From NCBI RefSeq assembly GCF_947568905.1, contig NC_079167.1, positions 31,248,001-31,312,000 on the forward strand: a stretch of DNA of 64,000 bases, given 5' to 3'. Shown in pieces: positions 1 through 12,200 of this stretch. Both the position numbers and the translations under genes were made by a program. The notes under the pieces were generated by a model that saw only the letters and a program-made list of their open reading frames with translations, made no database searches and had not been told where the DNA came from. The DNA comes from Ostrea edulis (lineage: Eukaryota). How positions within the stretch are numbered: position 1 is the stretch's first letter; every line of letters begins with the position of its first letter.

Positions 1-115
1 TCTCATAACTCCTAAGCAATACAAAATAAAGAGATGGGCTAACACGGACTCCTGGACATATACCAGAGGCCGAGATCAGGTGCCTAGGAGAAGTAAGCAT
101 TACCTGTCAACCAGT
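1..115 (-). mobile_element. Penelope-like terminal repeat fragment
   Basis: GGGCTAACACGGAC..ATACCAGAGG..GATCAGGTGCCTAGGAG..GTAAGCAT, matching 53694-53760. Confidence 0.65.
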
Positions 116-1678
116 CATGTGTTTATTCCTAAGTTATGAAATTCTATGTACAGGTACATATTCTTCATTATGCATTATATATCACTCATATTTCACAAAG
201 CTTTATTTCTTGAATCTCACATCGACAGATTTATCAGGGACATGTTTTCTGTAAATATAAGGATTATTTATAACAAATTTCTTCTAGTATCAAAGTAATT
301 CTGCAATTTTGTGCAAGAACACTTTTTGGATAATAAAAATTTCTTCACGGTACACTCAGATTGCACTGTACAGGGATAAATCAGCTTCCATTAAATTAAA
401 TGGCTATGATTATATGTGGTCTTATTATTAACTCACTACTTCCATCATGAGAACAAAATATTTCAAGGAAAAACATCAGGAACTTAGTAGATAATAAGAA
501 CTTCATTTCAGGATGAGCAAAGTACGAAAGCAGCCTGTTTGACACTCTACAAGAGTGTGCCAGTGTTGATTGACCGATATAAACAGAACTACTACCATCA
601 GTTATTTGGTTACTGACTATCTATGGAGGTAGATTGATCAAGCCAATATGTATTTTTATAGATGATCAGCAAAAAACCTAATAGCAGCGCTATTTTGTCA
701 AGGACAACCCCACTATAAACAATTTATGATTTCTTACAATTCAGCAGCATCTGTTATTTTGTCGTAGATATTTTTGCTACTGTCTATAGAAATATAGAGG
801 GCAATCATGTGACATGTTTTATCCAATGACAGAGCAACATTCTAGTCCAAGATAAAATAACAGAGACTACCTGTTTCTAATTGCAAATTTCTGAGCATGG
901 TTTATCCTTTAAGACTACAAAAACTATTTTTCAGTGATCTGGCTACTTTATGAGACTAGTACTAACTAACTTGTCTGATTTTTTTTCTTCTTTTTAATTT
1001 GGCTACTTATTAATAAAATCAGGAAAATTAATGTGAAATCTTTCTCAGATTTGAAACGTACTTTTGTCAATGTTCAATAAACCTGTAATAAAACCATGAT
1101 AATATTTACCAGTAGTTTTTCATGTTTGAATATTTCATATGAACTACCTATAGTATTTTTTATGTTTTTGGATTTTTTTTAAAAATTTGATACCGAATCT
1201 GAAAACTGATTTTATAAAATGACATTCTTATTATTACATGCGAGCTACTTTTTTTGCATTTCATAGGCACATCAAGGAATATTTGATACATTAATTTTCT
1301 ATGGTAAAAAATTTACTCTGGTAAAATTTTGGTACATGTACATTGATTTACCATATAATAGTAAATCTCTGATACATTGATTAACTATGGTAACACATTG
1401 ATATATCAATTATGATTAACTATGGTAAAAACTTTGATACATTGATTTATCATGGTGAAAACTTTGATTCATTGATTGTTACAAGTGAATACGTAATTTC
1501 CAGATTGAAATGCATTTTTGCATACTGGTCTGATTTGTGATATGCATTTCTGCATGCCGGTCTGATGTGTGATATGGATTTTTGGACTGGTCGTTGATAT
1601 CAGCTATTGTGGCGACATTCGTATCGCACAGTGCATAATCGGCATAATCATTCCTGTTATATAACTACATTTTAAGAC

Positions 1679-1885
1679 ATACTGTGATGTGACTGTTGTA
1701 TATTTTACAGTCTGTGATGTGACTGTTGTATATTTTACAGTCTGTGATGTGACTGTTGTATATTTTACAGTCTGTGATGTGACTGTTGTATATTTTACAG
1801 TCTGTGATGTGACTGTTGTATATTTTACAGTCTGTGATGTGACTGTTGTCTCTATATATTTTACAGTCTGTGATGTGACTGTTGC
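1679..1885. repeat. 30-bp tandem repeat
   Basis: TTTTACAGTCTGTGATGTGACTGTTGTATA, about 7 copies; explains ORF 1689-1982. Confidence 0.95.
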
Positions 1886-2029
1886 CTCTATATATTTTAC
1901 ATTCCGTAATATGATTTACACAGCTTCCTTTTCTACATATTGTGTTATGATAAAAATTTGTTATCTTTTTAACATGCTGTAGGCTAAAATATAATTGACA
2001 CTTATAACTTTTGACATAAATATGATTGA

Positions 2030-2296
2030 TTGATTGATTTCACATTGTTTAACTTCCCTCTCAGGAATTTTTTACTCATATGGAGACGTCACCATTGCTG
2101 GTGAAGGGCTGCAAGATTTAGGCCTATGTTCATCGCTTACGGCCTTTGAGCAGGGAGGGATATTTATTGTGCCACACCTGCTGTGACACGGGGCCTCATT
2201 TTTTGCGGTTTCGTCTGAAGAATCGCCCCATTTAGCTGCCTCTTAAGACAAGCAAGGGGTACTGAGGACTTATTCTAACCCAGATTCCCACAGGAT
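2030..2296 (-). mobile_element. SINE with Meta-like central domain and (ATCA)n tail, 13-bp TSD
   Basis: Core CCCCGTGTCACAGCAGGTGTGGCAC and 3' end TGGTGACGTCTCC shared with the SINE at 54058. TSD TAAATATGATTGA at 2017-2029 and 2297-2309. Confidence 0.8.
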
Positions 2297-2665
2297 TAAA
2301 TATGATTGACATAGCTACGTTTTTGACATAAATATGACCGACATAGCTACCTTTTTAACATTAAATATTGACATAGCTACCTTTTTGACATAAATATGAT
2401 TGACAAAGCTACCTTTTTGACATAAATACCTTTTTGACATAAATATGATTGACATGGCTACCTTTTTGACATCAATATGATTGACATGGTTACCTTTTTG
2501 ACATAAATATGATTGACATGGCTACCTTTTTGACATAAATATGATTGACATGGCTACCTTTTTGACATCGATATGATTGACATATCTACCTTTTTGACAT
2601 AGATATGATTGACATATCTACCTTTTTGACATAGATATGATTGACATAGCTACCTTTTTGACATA
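2297..2665. repeat. 32-bp minisatellite overlapping the PKA RI exon end and donor
   Basis: Unit CTACCTTTTTGACATAAATATGATTGACATAG, about 11 copies. Confidence 0.95.
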
Positions 2666-2815
2666 CTGTGCAGCATCCTCCTCCTTATACACCTCTGCAC
2701 TGACAGCACCCCTCCTGTTTCTGACTATGTTCTTGAGAGGGAACTGAGAGCTAGATATTTCATCTGCCACATCGTCACTGGGAGGTGTAGCAGACTTACT
2801 CTTCGTCTTCTGTTC
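2654..2815 (-). CDS. PRKAR1A: PKA RI linker/inhibitory-site exon, 54 codons
   Basis: Acceptor TTTTACAG|GAA (phase 0). Encodes [54 protein letters not shown], containing the RI pseudosubstrate RRGAVSAE. Donor AAG|GTAGCT falls after YVKK, matching vertebrate EEDAASYVRK. Missed by the ORF track. Downstream cAMP-binding exons lie beyond position 1. Confidence 0.93.
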
Positions 2816-5033
2816 CTGTAAAATGAATACATCAACACTTGTAAAATTCTACAATTAAACTTTCATAACATTTCTGAATATGAATTCTTGTTTTGTTAAA
2901 CCAGTCAGCAGACCATTTTCTCATATAATCTAGCAATAAGATTTTTTTTTCTTCCTTTGCAAGATTCTTGAACACAACCTCAACATATAAAAACCTGTAC
3001 ATGCACTAACTGCAATAAAACAGTCATCATAGTTTTAATTGTCCAATAACCAGAATGTGCTGTAACACTTGGTTTTGTCACAATCTAAGCAAACTCGTAT
3101 ACACTCTATATATACTATACATACTATATATACCAGTTTGCTTAGATTGTGTCAAAACCCTGTGTGCTATAAGGCTACAAAAACATTTTGTTAAGTTTAA
3201 CGCAGACATAACATAATTATCAATTTTACATCATAATTGTGTATTCTACAAGGGTTTTTAAAATTTTACTTTGCAATGAATTATATCCATTTAAAACATG
3301 TCTGAAGCAATAAAAAAAAAAAACGAAAGAAAAAATCGCAGATCCTTTTGCAAATTCTACATAGGGATATCTATGAAATGAATGATATTTAACACTATAA
3401 CGGAACTTTTGGTCTTTATTTCTGCTTACCTTGGAAATGTTCATAATTGATAAGACAATGTCACAGAATGTCAGACTTAACAATACTGAAATCTCACACT
3501 GTTCTATAACTCAGTGACTCTCCCTATCATTACAGTCTGCTGGTCTGTGATGGTCTGAGCAAGCTGGGCAACATATCACAGACTCAAACAGAAAACTTTA
3601 AACCTCTACTTAGTCCGCCATCCAATCTCTGTATTGATCACACTCATCCTTAAGAAAAACATATCCAACCACAAGATTTTATTTCCTGATCTTCAAACAC
3701 TGTCCTAATTTGATATTCATAGTTTGCAACAAAGTCCTCCTAAAAACAGCCGTACAGAAGTCCCTATTCTCTTTCTTAAATTTCATTTGCTGGCTACTCA
3801 ATCCACCAACAAATTTCTATTCATAATCCCATATTTCCAGTCAAACTCCAGGACACACCAGAGGTCTTTCACCACTTTCTGTTTCTAGGATGTTGATGTT
3901 GGCAGGCGGACTGACACAAACCCAGACCCTTGGCCAATCTAATTTGTTCTCAGTGCTTCCCCGATTCCACTCATTGCGTCTCCCTTGATTGCTTTCTCTC
4001 TATATTATATCAACTCTCTTTGGTATCTGATTCTTGATTCATGAATATAATTCTACAGACTTGGGAATAGCACTATCTCTGCGATTTATTAAATCATGAA
4101 CCCAATCCACAAAATGAAATGCTGGCTGTAACACAATCTTAAGCCCATAGAGCTTGTCAGTTGGGATGCCCCTCAACTTCACCTTAATTAAATGCTATGG
4201 AGTAAGACATGATGTCACAATTTATTTCTGTTCTGGGCAGATCTTTTTCTTCAAGGTGTCGTGAAAATGTGTTGGCTTGTAACTGAATTATTAAATCACC
4301 TACATCTGATTAAGGCATTCTTGTTCCAGTGATATTCTAAGTCATGAAGATAAAACATGTTAATGCTTCATACATCTTCACCAAACAATACGGACAATTA
4401 CACATTTCAACTGAAACAGTCTGATGCCTTGATTAAAAGTTTAAAACAATTGGGCAAAGTTCCAGTTGCAACACCTCTATATAATGTATATAGCTAAACA
4501 GGACTTAACCTCATACACATGAACAATCTACCACAGAATGTTGGTGACATTATCACTTAAATCTGGTATTCAACAGACTTCTGAAGGAGCGGAGATTGCA
4601 CAAACAATGTCAAATTTCAGAAGGAATCCCTGATCTGTCCTGGCAGTCTGTCCTAGCTGCAATTTGTTAAAGAAGCTGAGAGAGAGTTCACCATTGACAG
4701 TGGAGAGATGACAAAGACTGACAATGAACACCTCATGCATTGATCCCCGTCTGATCAGGGAGACACGACATAATGGATGTCCTATTATTGTGGACTTATA
4801 GAGATAAAGGGCAAAAAATGGTTTTTCTGGTTCCCACACCATTAAATTCCATCAGTTAGTGCTAAGAACAGCAATCAATCTATCTTTACTACAATGACAA
4901 GCATTCATATTGTCACCCACTAACAGTAATACAACATTGCTTTAAATGATTCAAAATTTTTGCATCAAAATATACATCTCACTTCAAATTTCAAACGTAC
5001 ATGTAATGTATTTCAATGCATATCCAGTCTTTA

Positions 5034-5606
5034 AGGGACTGATTCACGATTCCCCCCCCCCCCCCCCCAAATTTTGTTTTTCTCTTTAATAAATGATCAA
5101 AATATACAGCGTAATACATTTAGATGGTTTCATAAAAAAAAAAATTAAGGTCATTTATCATGACAGAAGCCCCTTATAGACAGTTTATCATTTGTTTTGA
5201 AAACAAAGATTGAGGTGTGTTATTGTTTACAGAAGTTTTCAAAATATATGGATATTAATCCAAGTTTATTATATTATATCTCGATTGATTGATTGATGTT
5301 TTCCGCCACACTCAACAATCACATCTCGAGTATACTTTAGGTAAAACGTGTCATTTAAAAGTAAAAATTTGTGCTTGTACAAAAAGAAGCTTTAAATTAC
5401 CAAATTAACATTTCAATGGTTTATTTACATCATAAAAAAGACTCTCGAGTCTTTGTTCACATAATACAGAATTATAACCAATGTATTGCTCTTATCCTTG
5501 CATTCAGAAGGTCCAGATTTTGGGTGTCAACATTAAATATCTATATTTTTAATTTTTAACAACAAAAATGAAAAATATTTCTTTCGAAAAACGTGAACCA
5601 GTCCCT
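5034..5606. mobile_element. Kolobok-like MITE (TTAA target)
   Basis: TTAA-GGGACTGATTCACG ... CGTGAACCAGTCCCT-TTAA. Confidence 0.7.
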
Positions 5607-6289
5607 TTAATGGAAGCCCCAAAAAATTTTTTTTTAAAGAAATGCTAGCTACAGTTTAGAAATAGGGAAAACAATTTCCTTCACTGGTAATTCACGCTGA
5701 TATAAGATAACGGAACTAAGAGGAATTAAATGGAATATCGACAGACCTAGCTGCTATTGTTTATGTTATTTGTTTCTCTGTTCTATGTCTTCCTATTCAC
5801 AATCAATAGCCCTGCAACTTCAAGGTCTCTGAATGGTATAAAATACATCTCAGTGCAAATTGGACCTTGACCTTGTTATGCAGAACATTGTGTATAATTA
5901 CAGGCTTCCATTTAGAACTATTTGGACCTATATGAAGGCAGCAATTGCTGACAGTGGGCTTGTCCTTTGGTAGTTATTAGTACCAAAGTCTAAGCTATGA
6001 TCACCATGCATCTTACAGAATACTGTGTCTTTGTTTTTCTAATCACTGTAAGATAACAAATAATGCTTATATGTCTATCATTTATTCTACACATAAAAAA
6101 TCTGAATCATTAACTTTCTCTCCCCCCCCCCTTGATGCTGACCTAATTCAGTGCAATGTTTGGAATATTGGTTATATTCTTCAAAGGTCAATATATCTTA
6201 TATTAACATTCAGTGGATTTTGTTTGACCATTGAATTTTCTGCTCTGCTACAACATGTAGTTCATTTGCTCAATAAAAATATGTATTTC

Positions 6290-6600
6290 CCACTTCAATA
6301 ATTCTAGTTTTAAGGCAATGAAAATACATATTTCCCACTTCAATTATTCTAGTAAGGCAATAAAAATAAGTATTTCACACTACATTCACTCTAGTAAGGC
6401 AATAAAAATGTATCTTGCTATGCATAATTCACTCTAGTAAGGCAATAAAAATTCATCTTGCTATTCATTCACTCTAGAAAGGCAATAAAAATTTATCTTG
6501 CTATTCATTCACTTTAATAAGGCAATAAAAATGTATCTTGGTATGCATTAACTCTAGTAAGGCAATAAAAATGTATCTTGCTATGCATTCACTCTAGATA
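6290..6600. repeat. About 40-bp tandem repeat
   Basis: CATTCACTCTAGTAAGGCAATAAAAATGTATCTTGCTATG, about 7 copies. Confidence 0.9.
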
Positions 6601-7339
6601 GTAAGACACTTAAATTGAATATTCCTATAAAGATGTGCCGATGTATCTATTGCACCAACCTCTCTCAAACCTAATGTTGCACATCTCTGAAGTGTTTGTA
6701 AACATGTACACCAAAATGACTACCAGCATTAACTTTAAATAATTCAATTTCTCTTGTAAAATGCAATCTGAATGGTACACATATTTACATCGTGTAAACT
6801 GGGTTTGATGCTTTGTTGCACCACATGACATCCTCATTAATGATGTCACAATACAGCTCCTCCTTTTCCAATTTGTTGCTATGGCAATATCTATTGTAAA
6901 AGTCATATATAATTAATTTTCTTTATAATTATTTTTCAAATTACGTCTAATGGTACCATTTGAAACAAAAGTAATTGGTAGTCACCTTCATCAGCTGTTA
7001 TGTACCATGGCACCAGTCTGCATGGCAGGGTATTAACATAGACGGACACTTAAATTCAAAATATGTATTTGCAATGTTTTGTTATTATAGTTCAAAACAA
7101 ACTTGTATCTGCACTGCCTCAGGATACATGTATTTGCTTATCAATTTTCCAATGCTTGTAGTCTAATTTGTTCTTGAGCAGTATATCTATTAAAGATTTA
7201 CCAATATTCTCCTAAAATAAATATTAAACACACAGATACACAGTCCCCATCTGACCCCAGTGACACACACTGGACCATTAAATCGTAACACTCTGCCAGC
7301 AACACTCGTTAACAGGACCAAAAACATAGCACACAATTA

Positions 7340-7598
7340 AACAGGACAAGAATCGTAACACCCACGAACTGGACCAACATGACAAGAATCATAACACCCA
7401 CGAACTGGACCGACAGGACAAGAATCATAACACCCACGAACTGGACCAACATGACAAGAATCGTAACACCCATGAACTGGACCGACATGACAATCGTAAC
7501 ACCCACGAACTGGACCAACATGACAAGAATCGTAACACCCACGAACTGGACCGACAGGACAAGAATCATAACACCCACGAACTGGACCAACATGACAA
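7340..7598. repeat. 36-bp tandem repeat
   Basis: GACAAGAATCGTAACACCCACGAACTGGACCAACAT, about 7 copies. Confidence 0.95.
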
Positions 7599-7999
7599 TC
7601 TTGGAGGGAAGTTATACTCACTTTCTGATGAAGAAGGAAACATGATAAAAGAAAGAAATCTCTCTATAGGGAAACAACATCTAAATGACTGGAACTACAG
7701 CATTAAAAAGGGCAGATAAGAATAGTCGATCTCCAATGTAATGATTTCAGTAGCAATACAAAAGACAGAGAAACACAAGACGGGAGAAACATTTCCAAAT
7801 GATATGATCTTCGATTTGTCAGCTCCCTTTCTCCCTAGTGGCATATAAACCCATAAATTATGGCATTCTGCAGCACTGCATCAGACCTCCACTATGCACT
7901 AGCTTTGCATCATGAATATACAATAGGAAAACAGATTATCTGGACTTTTCCCATGAGTATTATGTTGTTGTGAAACTGGCTAACTAAGTCCTTTACAGT

Positions 8000-8170
8000 G
8001 TAAAATGGTTATATCCCGAGGTATCACATGTCATATAAATGGTTATCTCCTGAGGTATCATATGTCATATAAATGGTTATCTCCTGAGGTATCACATGTC
8101 ATATAAATGGTTATCTCCTGAGGTATCACATGTCATATAAATGGTTATCTCCCGAGGTATCATATGTCAT
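8000..8170. repeat. 34-bp tandem repeat
   Basis: AAATGGTTATCTCCTGAGGTATCACATGTCATAT, about 5 copies. Confidence 0.95.
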
Positions 8171-8224
8171 AAAGGGATGACAATTCTATTTTCTTCATCC
8201 AGTGTGCTTCCCAGTTTACTTTCG

Positions 8225-8350
8225 GAAGGTCGGTGGTCTCTTCCCAGCTACATCATATCTGGGTTCTCTCTTTCACCATTAAAAACTGGGCGCCACCCAG
8301 ATAACTGAAAAATTGTTAAGTGTGGCGGAAAACATCAATCAATCAATTAA
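8225..8350 (+). mobile_element. 3' part of a SINE with (ATCA)n tail; a 38-bp tail fragment of the same family is at 5285-5322
   Basis: AAAACTGGGCGCCAC..AACTGAAAAATTGTTAAGTGTGGCGGAAAACATCAATCAATC. The 5285-5322 copy is on the minus strand with TSD ATCTCGA. Confidence 0.6.
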
Positions 8351-8958
8351 TCAATCATCCAGTGTGCAGGTGTTGTAAATTACGGAATGGATCAGAGGAT
8401 CTGTCAAAACACATAAGGTTAGGGCATAACAATAGGACTATACTGTAGGTTACTAGACTATGCTGTAATCTATACTTTTCCATACCCACCAGAAAATGCT
8501 GTTAAAAGTGTCTATTTGTATATCACAGCTGTTTCAGGATGTCTCTAATGACAAACTCTTTTACTGAACTGCACAAGAGCCAGAGACATTCCTCACCAGA
8601 GTAAATATGCTGCATTTCGTAATATGATTGTTGGATAAAAATTTGCTTGGTACAACAGGAAGAATAATTCAACAAGCAGGGAAAGGATAAAATTTATAGC
8701 ACTGTAAATCTGAGATAACTTATGACACAACACTAAACACAGATGTGAATAAAATGCAATAATCGCTTGAATATACACAAAGTGTTATCTCGTGACATTC
8801 CTTTCAAATTTCTACATATTCTATTACAAATTTTAACTTCTCTTCCATTGGAGGATTCTCCTTGTGATGTAAGAGAGATGCTATCTCACTTTCATACCTG
8901 GGGACTGATCAGATATCCAGCCATTAATGGCCACACTATGAGCTAAACCCCAGCTCAC

Positions 8959-9258
8959 CTGTTCATCTTCTGTCGACTTCATTTCCCCCTCCCCTCCATC
9001 CGATGGCTGCTTTTCTTGGCCCTCTCCTCTACAGGGCTGCTGAGATTCTGTGTGTTGCTGACTGTCCTTGCTAAGAGTGGACGACACAGATTGCTCAGTC
9101 ATTTTGTCTGGTCCTTTCTCATTCTGTTCTGTGGGCTGACTGGTTCCAGCCTCCTGTAATTCCTCTTCGCGTTTCTCTGTGTATGTCCCTTCCTTCCCTG
9201 TCACACCGTCTTCCTGAGGACTCTGACCAGAAAGAAACTTTCTCAGTTTGTTTCCCAT
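8959..9258 (-). CDS. PRKAR1A: Putative alternative first coding exon of PKA RI (MGNKLRK..., 100 codons, acidic/polar and likely disordered)
   Basis: ATG-GGA-AAC start, 100 open codons rich in E/Q/S/T/G/K, ending exactly at a phase-0 donor CAG|GTGAGC that is compatible with the phase-0 acceptor at 2815. Lies in the 23-kb intron of the RI gene on the same strand. Confidence 0.7.
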
Positions 9259-12200
9259 AATGTCACAGTCAACCAATATGCTTCAGCAAACTCAAAGAGT
9301 TAAAATCCTCCAGGAACACTCTCTGGCTTATACAAGTATGTCCAAATTTTACAAATTGTAATACAGTATTTGCGATCTTGCTTTTCTACTGCAGTTCGTT
9401 ATACAATGTATCAAGAAGAAAACAGGCGCAGTGTTACAGTGCTCGTCTCTGGACAGACATGGTGCTTCATCACATCTTTTACTACCAGTGTCATGTTCAC
9501 ATCAAGCCCACTTCTTGTCAGTGTACAACAGAAAGAAGAAAAAAACACCGCACAGTGTGCAATACCACGTAGGAAAATGCTCAGCAGCCGAGAACATCCA
9601 ATACCAGAGATTTTATCTCCAAGCTGTGTCCCCGTTCAGCTTATTCAACTCTCCTCCATGTTAGATAATAATTAATTGTTTCTGTAGCATTGTGTTGTTA
9701 GTAGTAATAGTCCGATTCTGTCACTTTGATAATGTGAGTCAATAAGAAAATGGAATAAATTCCTGGATCCGATACCGTACCCAAAAATCAATTTCTGTGT
9801 CCAACATGAAAAATGCTAATTGTAATGAAACATGAACCTTTCTTTAAATTAGCAGACCTTATATCATTTACTTCTGATCAATGGTCCATCCTGATGCTAA
9901 AATTATCTCACTACCAACTGATGCATATATATTACTTTTTTTCCCAGTATTCACACATTTAAATTATAATGAAAACATTTCATGAGCATCCATCGACAAT
10001 CTGCTACAGTGTTTCCTCTGTGACACAATGGCTGCAGGCAAGGATCCTATAGTTTAACACAGAGCCAGATGTCAAGAGCAGATACTGTGTTCATGTACAG
10101 CACATTCCAGTGGACACTGCCATTATTACAACCCACAGTCACAGAATCTTCCACCGTCCACAATATCTCCGCATTCCTTACAGTCTCTGCCAGCTTTCTC
10201 CAAGGTCACTGCAGGGGTCATCCCCAGTTAATACAAACTTTACACACTAAATAATAACCAGGTAAAACTAACAAATTCAACCAGCCATGAAATATTAATA
10301 AGACAGCCACGACCTTAAAAGCTGAATATAACTGGAGGGGTCTTAGTCCAGTTTCCCAGACACTGTATTATGGTGACGAGAAAAGCTGAGAATACTGTCA
10401 TATCAGGAGCCCCCTTTCCAGCTGAGTTTGACAGACTGTGATAGTGATGTTCATCATCTATCATTGATGTGACATCCACCATTCATTACTACAGCATTGC
10501 TGCTGCTTACTAAGGACTCAATATAATATTAACGATTTACTAAGAATTATAAATGAAAACCACAAGATCGCTTCTGAATGAATCTTTGTTCTGAGTTTCC
10601 TCAAGCAGACAACTTTTTATGCATTTAGAGCTTAATTAGTATCTGCATGATTGATTAAATAAAGTATTTCTCAATTAGTACTTCAACATATCCATTTCTT
10701 AATCAAAATGGCAGTTTTTATCACTTCCTGACTGACACCCTCACTTTAAAGTTCTCTGCTATCATTAAAAATAATCAAATCAATGCAAAATTAGCTTCTC
10801 CTTCAGACTGGGATTTAAATCTCTATATTGTGACACCTGAACTAAAAGTTTTACAAACAGAACTGTCTGCAGGTTTCCGAAAGAGAGGGCGCAAAGGGTG
10901 GGGTGGGCAAGCCCTCACAGCCACACCTAAAAAAGAGAGGGCGTAAACTTAAGCAAAGGGTGGGGACAAACCTTCACAGCCATACCTAAATTCAGGCATT
11001 AAACACATTTCTTGATTATGCATTGTAGAATGAATTGAATGCAACATGTTTATCATTGCTATCATTGAAGAAGGAATGTGATTGTATATAGCCCCCTCCC
11101 CCTCCAATGACTTTCATTCTGGGACATCTAACTCATTCTACAGGAAAAGATTGTATCATGGCAGTTGAAAAACAGTGTTTAACTCCTGATAGGCAGTGTT
11201 TACTAGATTACAGAGGTGTGTTTGTACAAAGCAGTGAAGTTATAGTGGACAGTGACCTAGTACATCAGTTTCTGAGCATCATAGATAAGGTTCAAGTCAA
11301 TTTCTTGTTAGATCATTTCATAATGTGAAATTGGACTATAAATTACTCCCTGTTCAAGAGAATGATACAATGAGAGAGCTTCCACATTATTTCAGCACTA
11401 AACGATTATATCTTGACATCTGTCATGCATATAACATGGAAGCCTGTGAAGGCAAATTAAAAATATTTAATTTCCAAAGTTTTTGCCTTTGATATCTTTC
11501 ACAAATTGTAATGATAGCCAATATCATATAATATTCATTGTCTTGATGAAATTACAGTGATTTTCATTGGCTGAAAAATTCGCTTGATTTCTCAATAAAA
11601 TGCTTGAATACTTTGAAATTTACTGCTTATGTACTGATGAAACACATGAGAGATTAACAATAACGCAACAATAGGCTCAGTACTACTCAATATTGGTTTT
11701 GACCTATTCTTTAACATGAAGAACTCTGCACTATTAGTTTGTTTCCCGTTTTCTCTGATGGAGTGCAGGGAGAGGAATACTCAGTTTAAGGAATATAAAA
11801 CACAAAAAGCTTCCAATGTACAGCTTAATGGGAACACACAGTGGTAAACATCAAGTCCAATTCTGTGCATTCAGCATTAAATGGGAATAAATCGAGACAC
11901 AAATCATGAAGTGAAAGGCCGGATTGACTATGCTATTATGAGATTTTTTTTTTGCTTGCTATTATGAGATTATTTCTTCTATCATTCAACAACAGCGAAC
12001 TTATAACAATTCTGAAATTGATAAATACATTTTAAGTAATATGTCAAGCTTATACATGTATACAATAAAGTGTGTGTGTGTATATAGATATATACTCCTG
12101 AGGAATTGAAGAAACTAGTCGAGCATCGATCCTCTATCGGCTTTGTGATATTTTTATTATACTATTTCACTTGTGTGATAATTTTTATCATACTATTACT

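Noticed and set aside
4570-4842. 90-aa ORF in the RI intron as another coding exon
   Set aside because: No phase-0 donor in frame; the nearby GTTAAG donor is out of phase. At most UTR sequence.
7309-7645. Overlapping repetitive ORFs, including a Cys-rich one
   Set aside because: 36-bp tandem repeat open in several frames on both strands.
9370-9675. Three overlapping plus-strand ORFs, one Cys/His-rich
   Set aside because: No coherent domain or splice sites; more likely the antisense of UTR sequence upstream of the MGNK exon.
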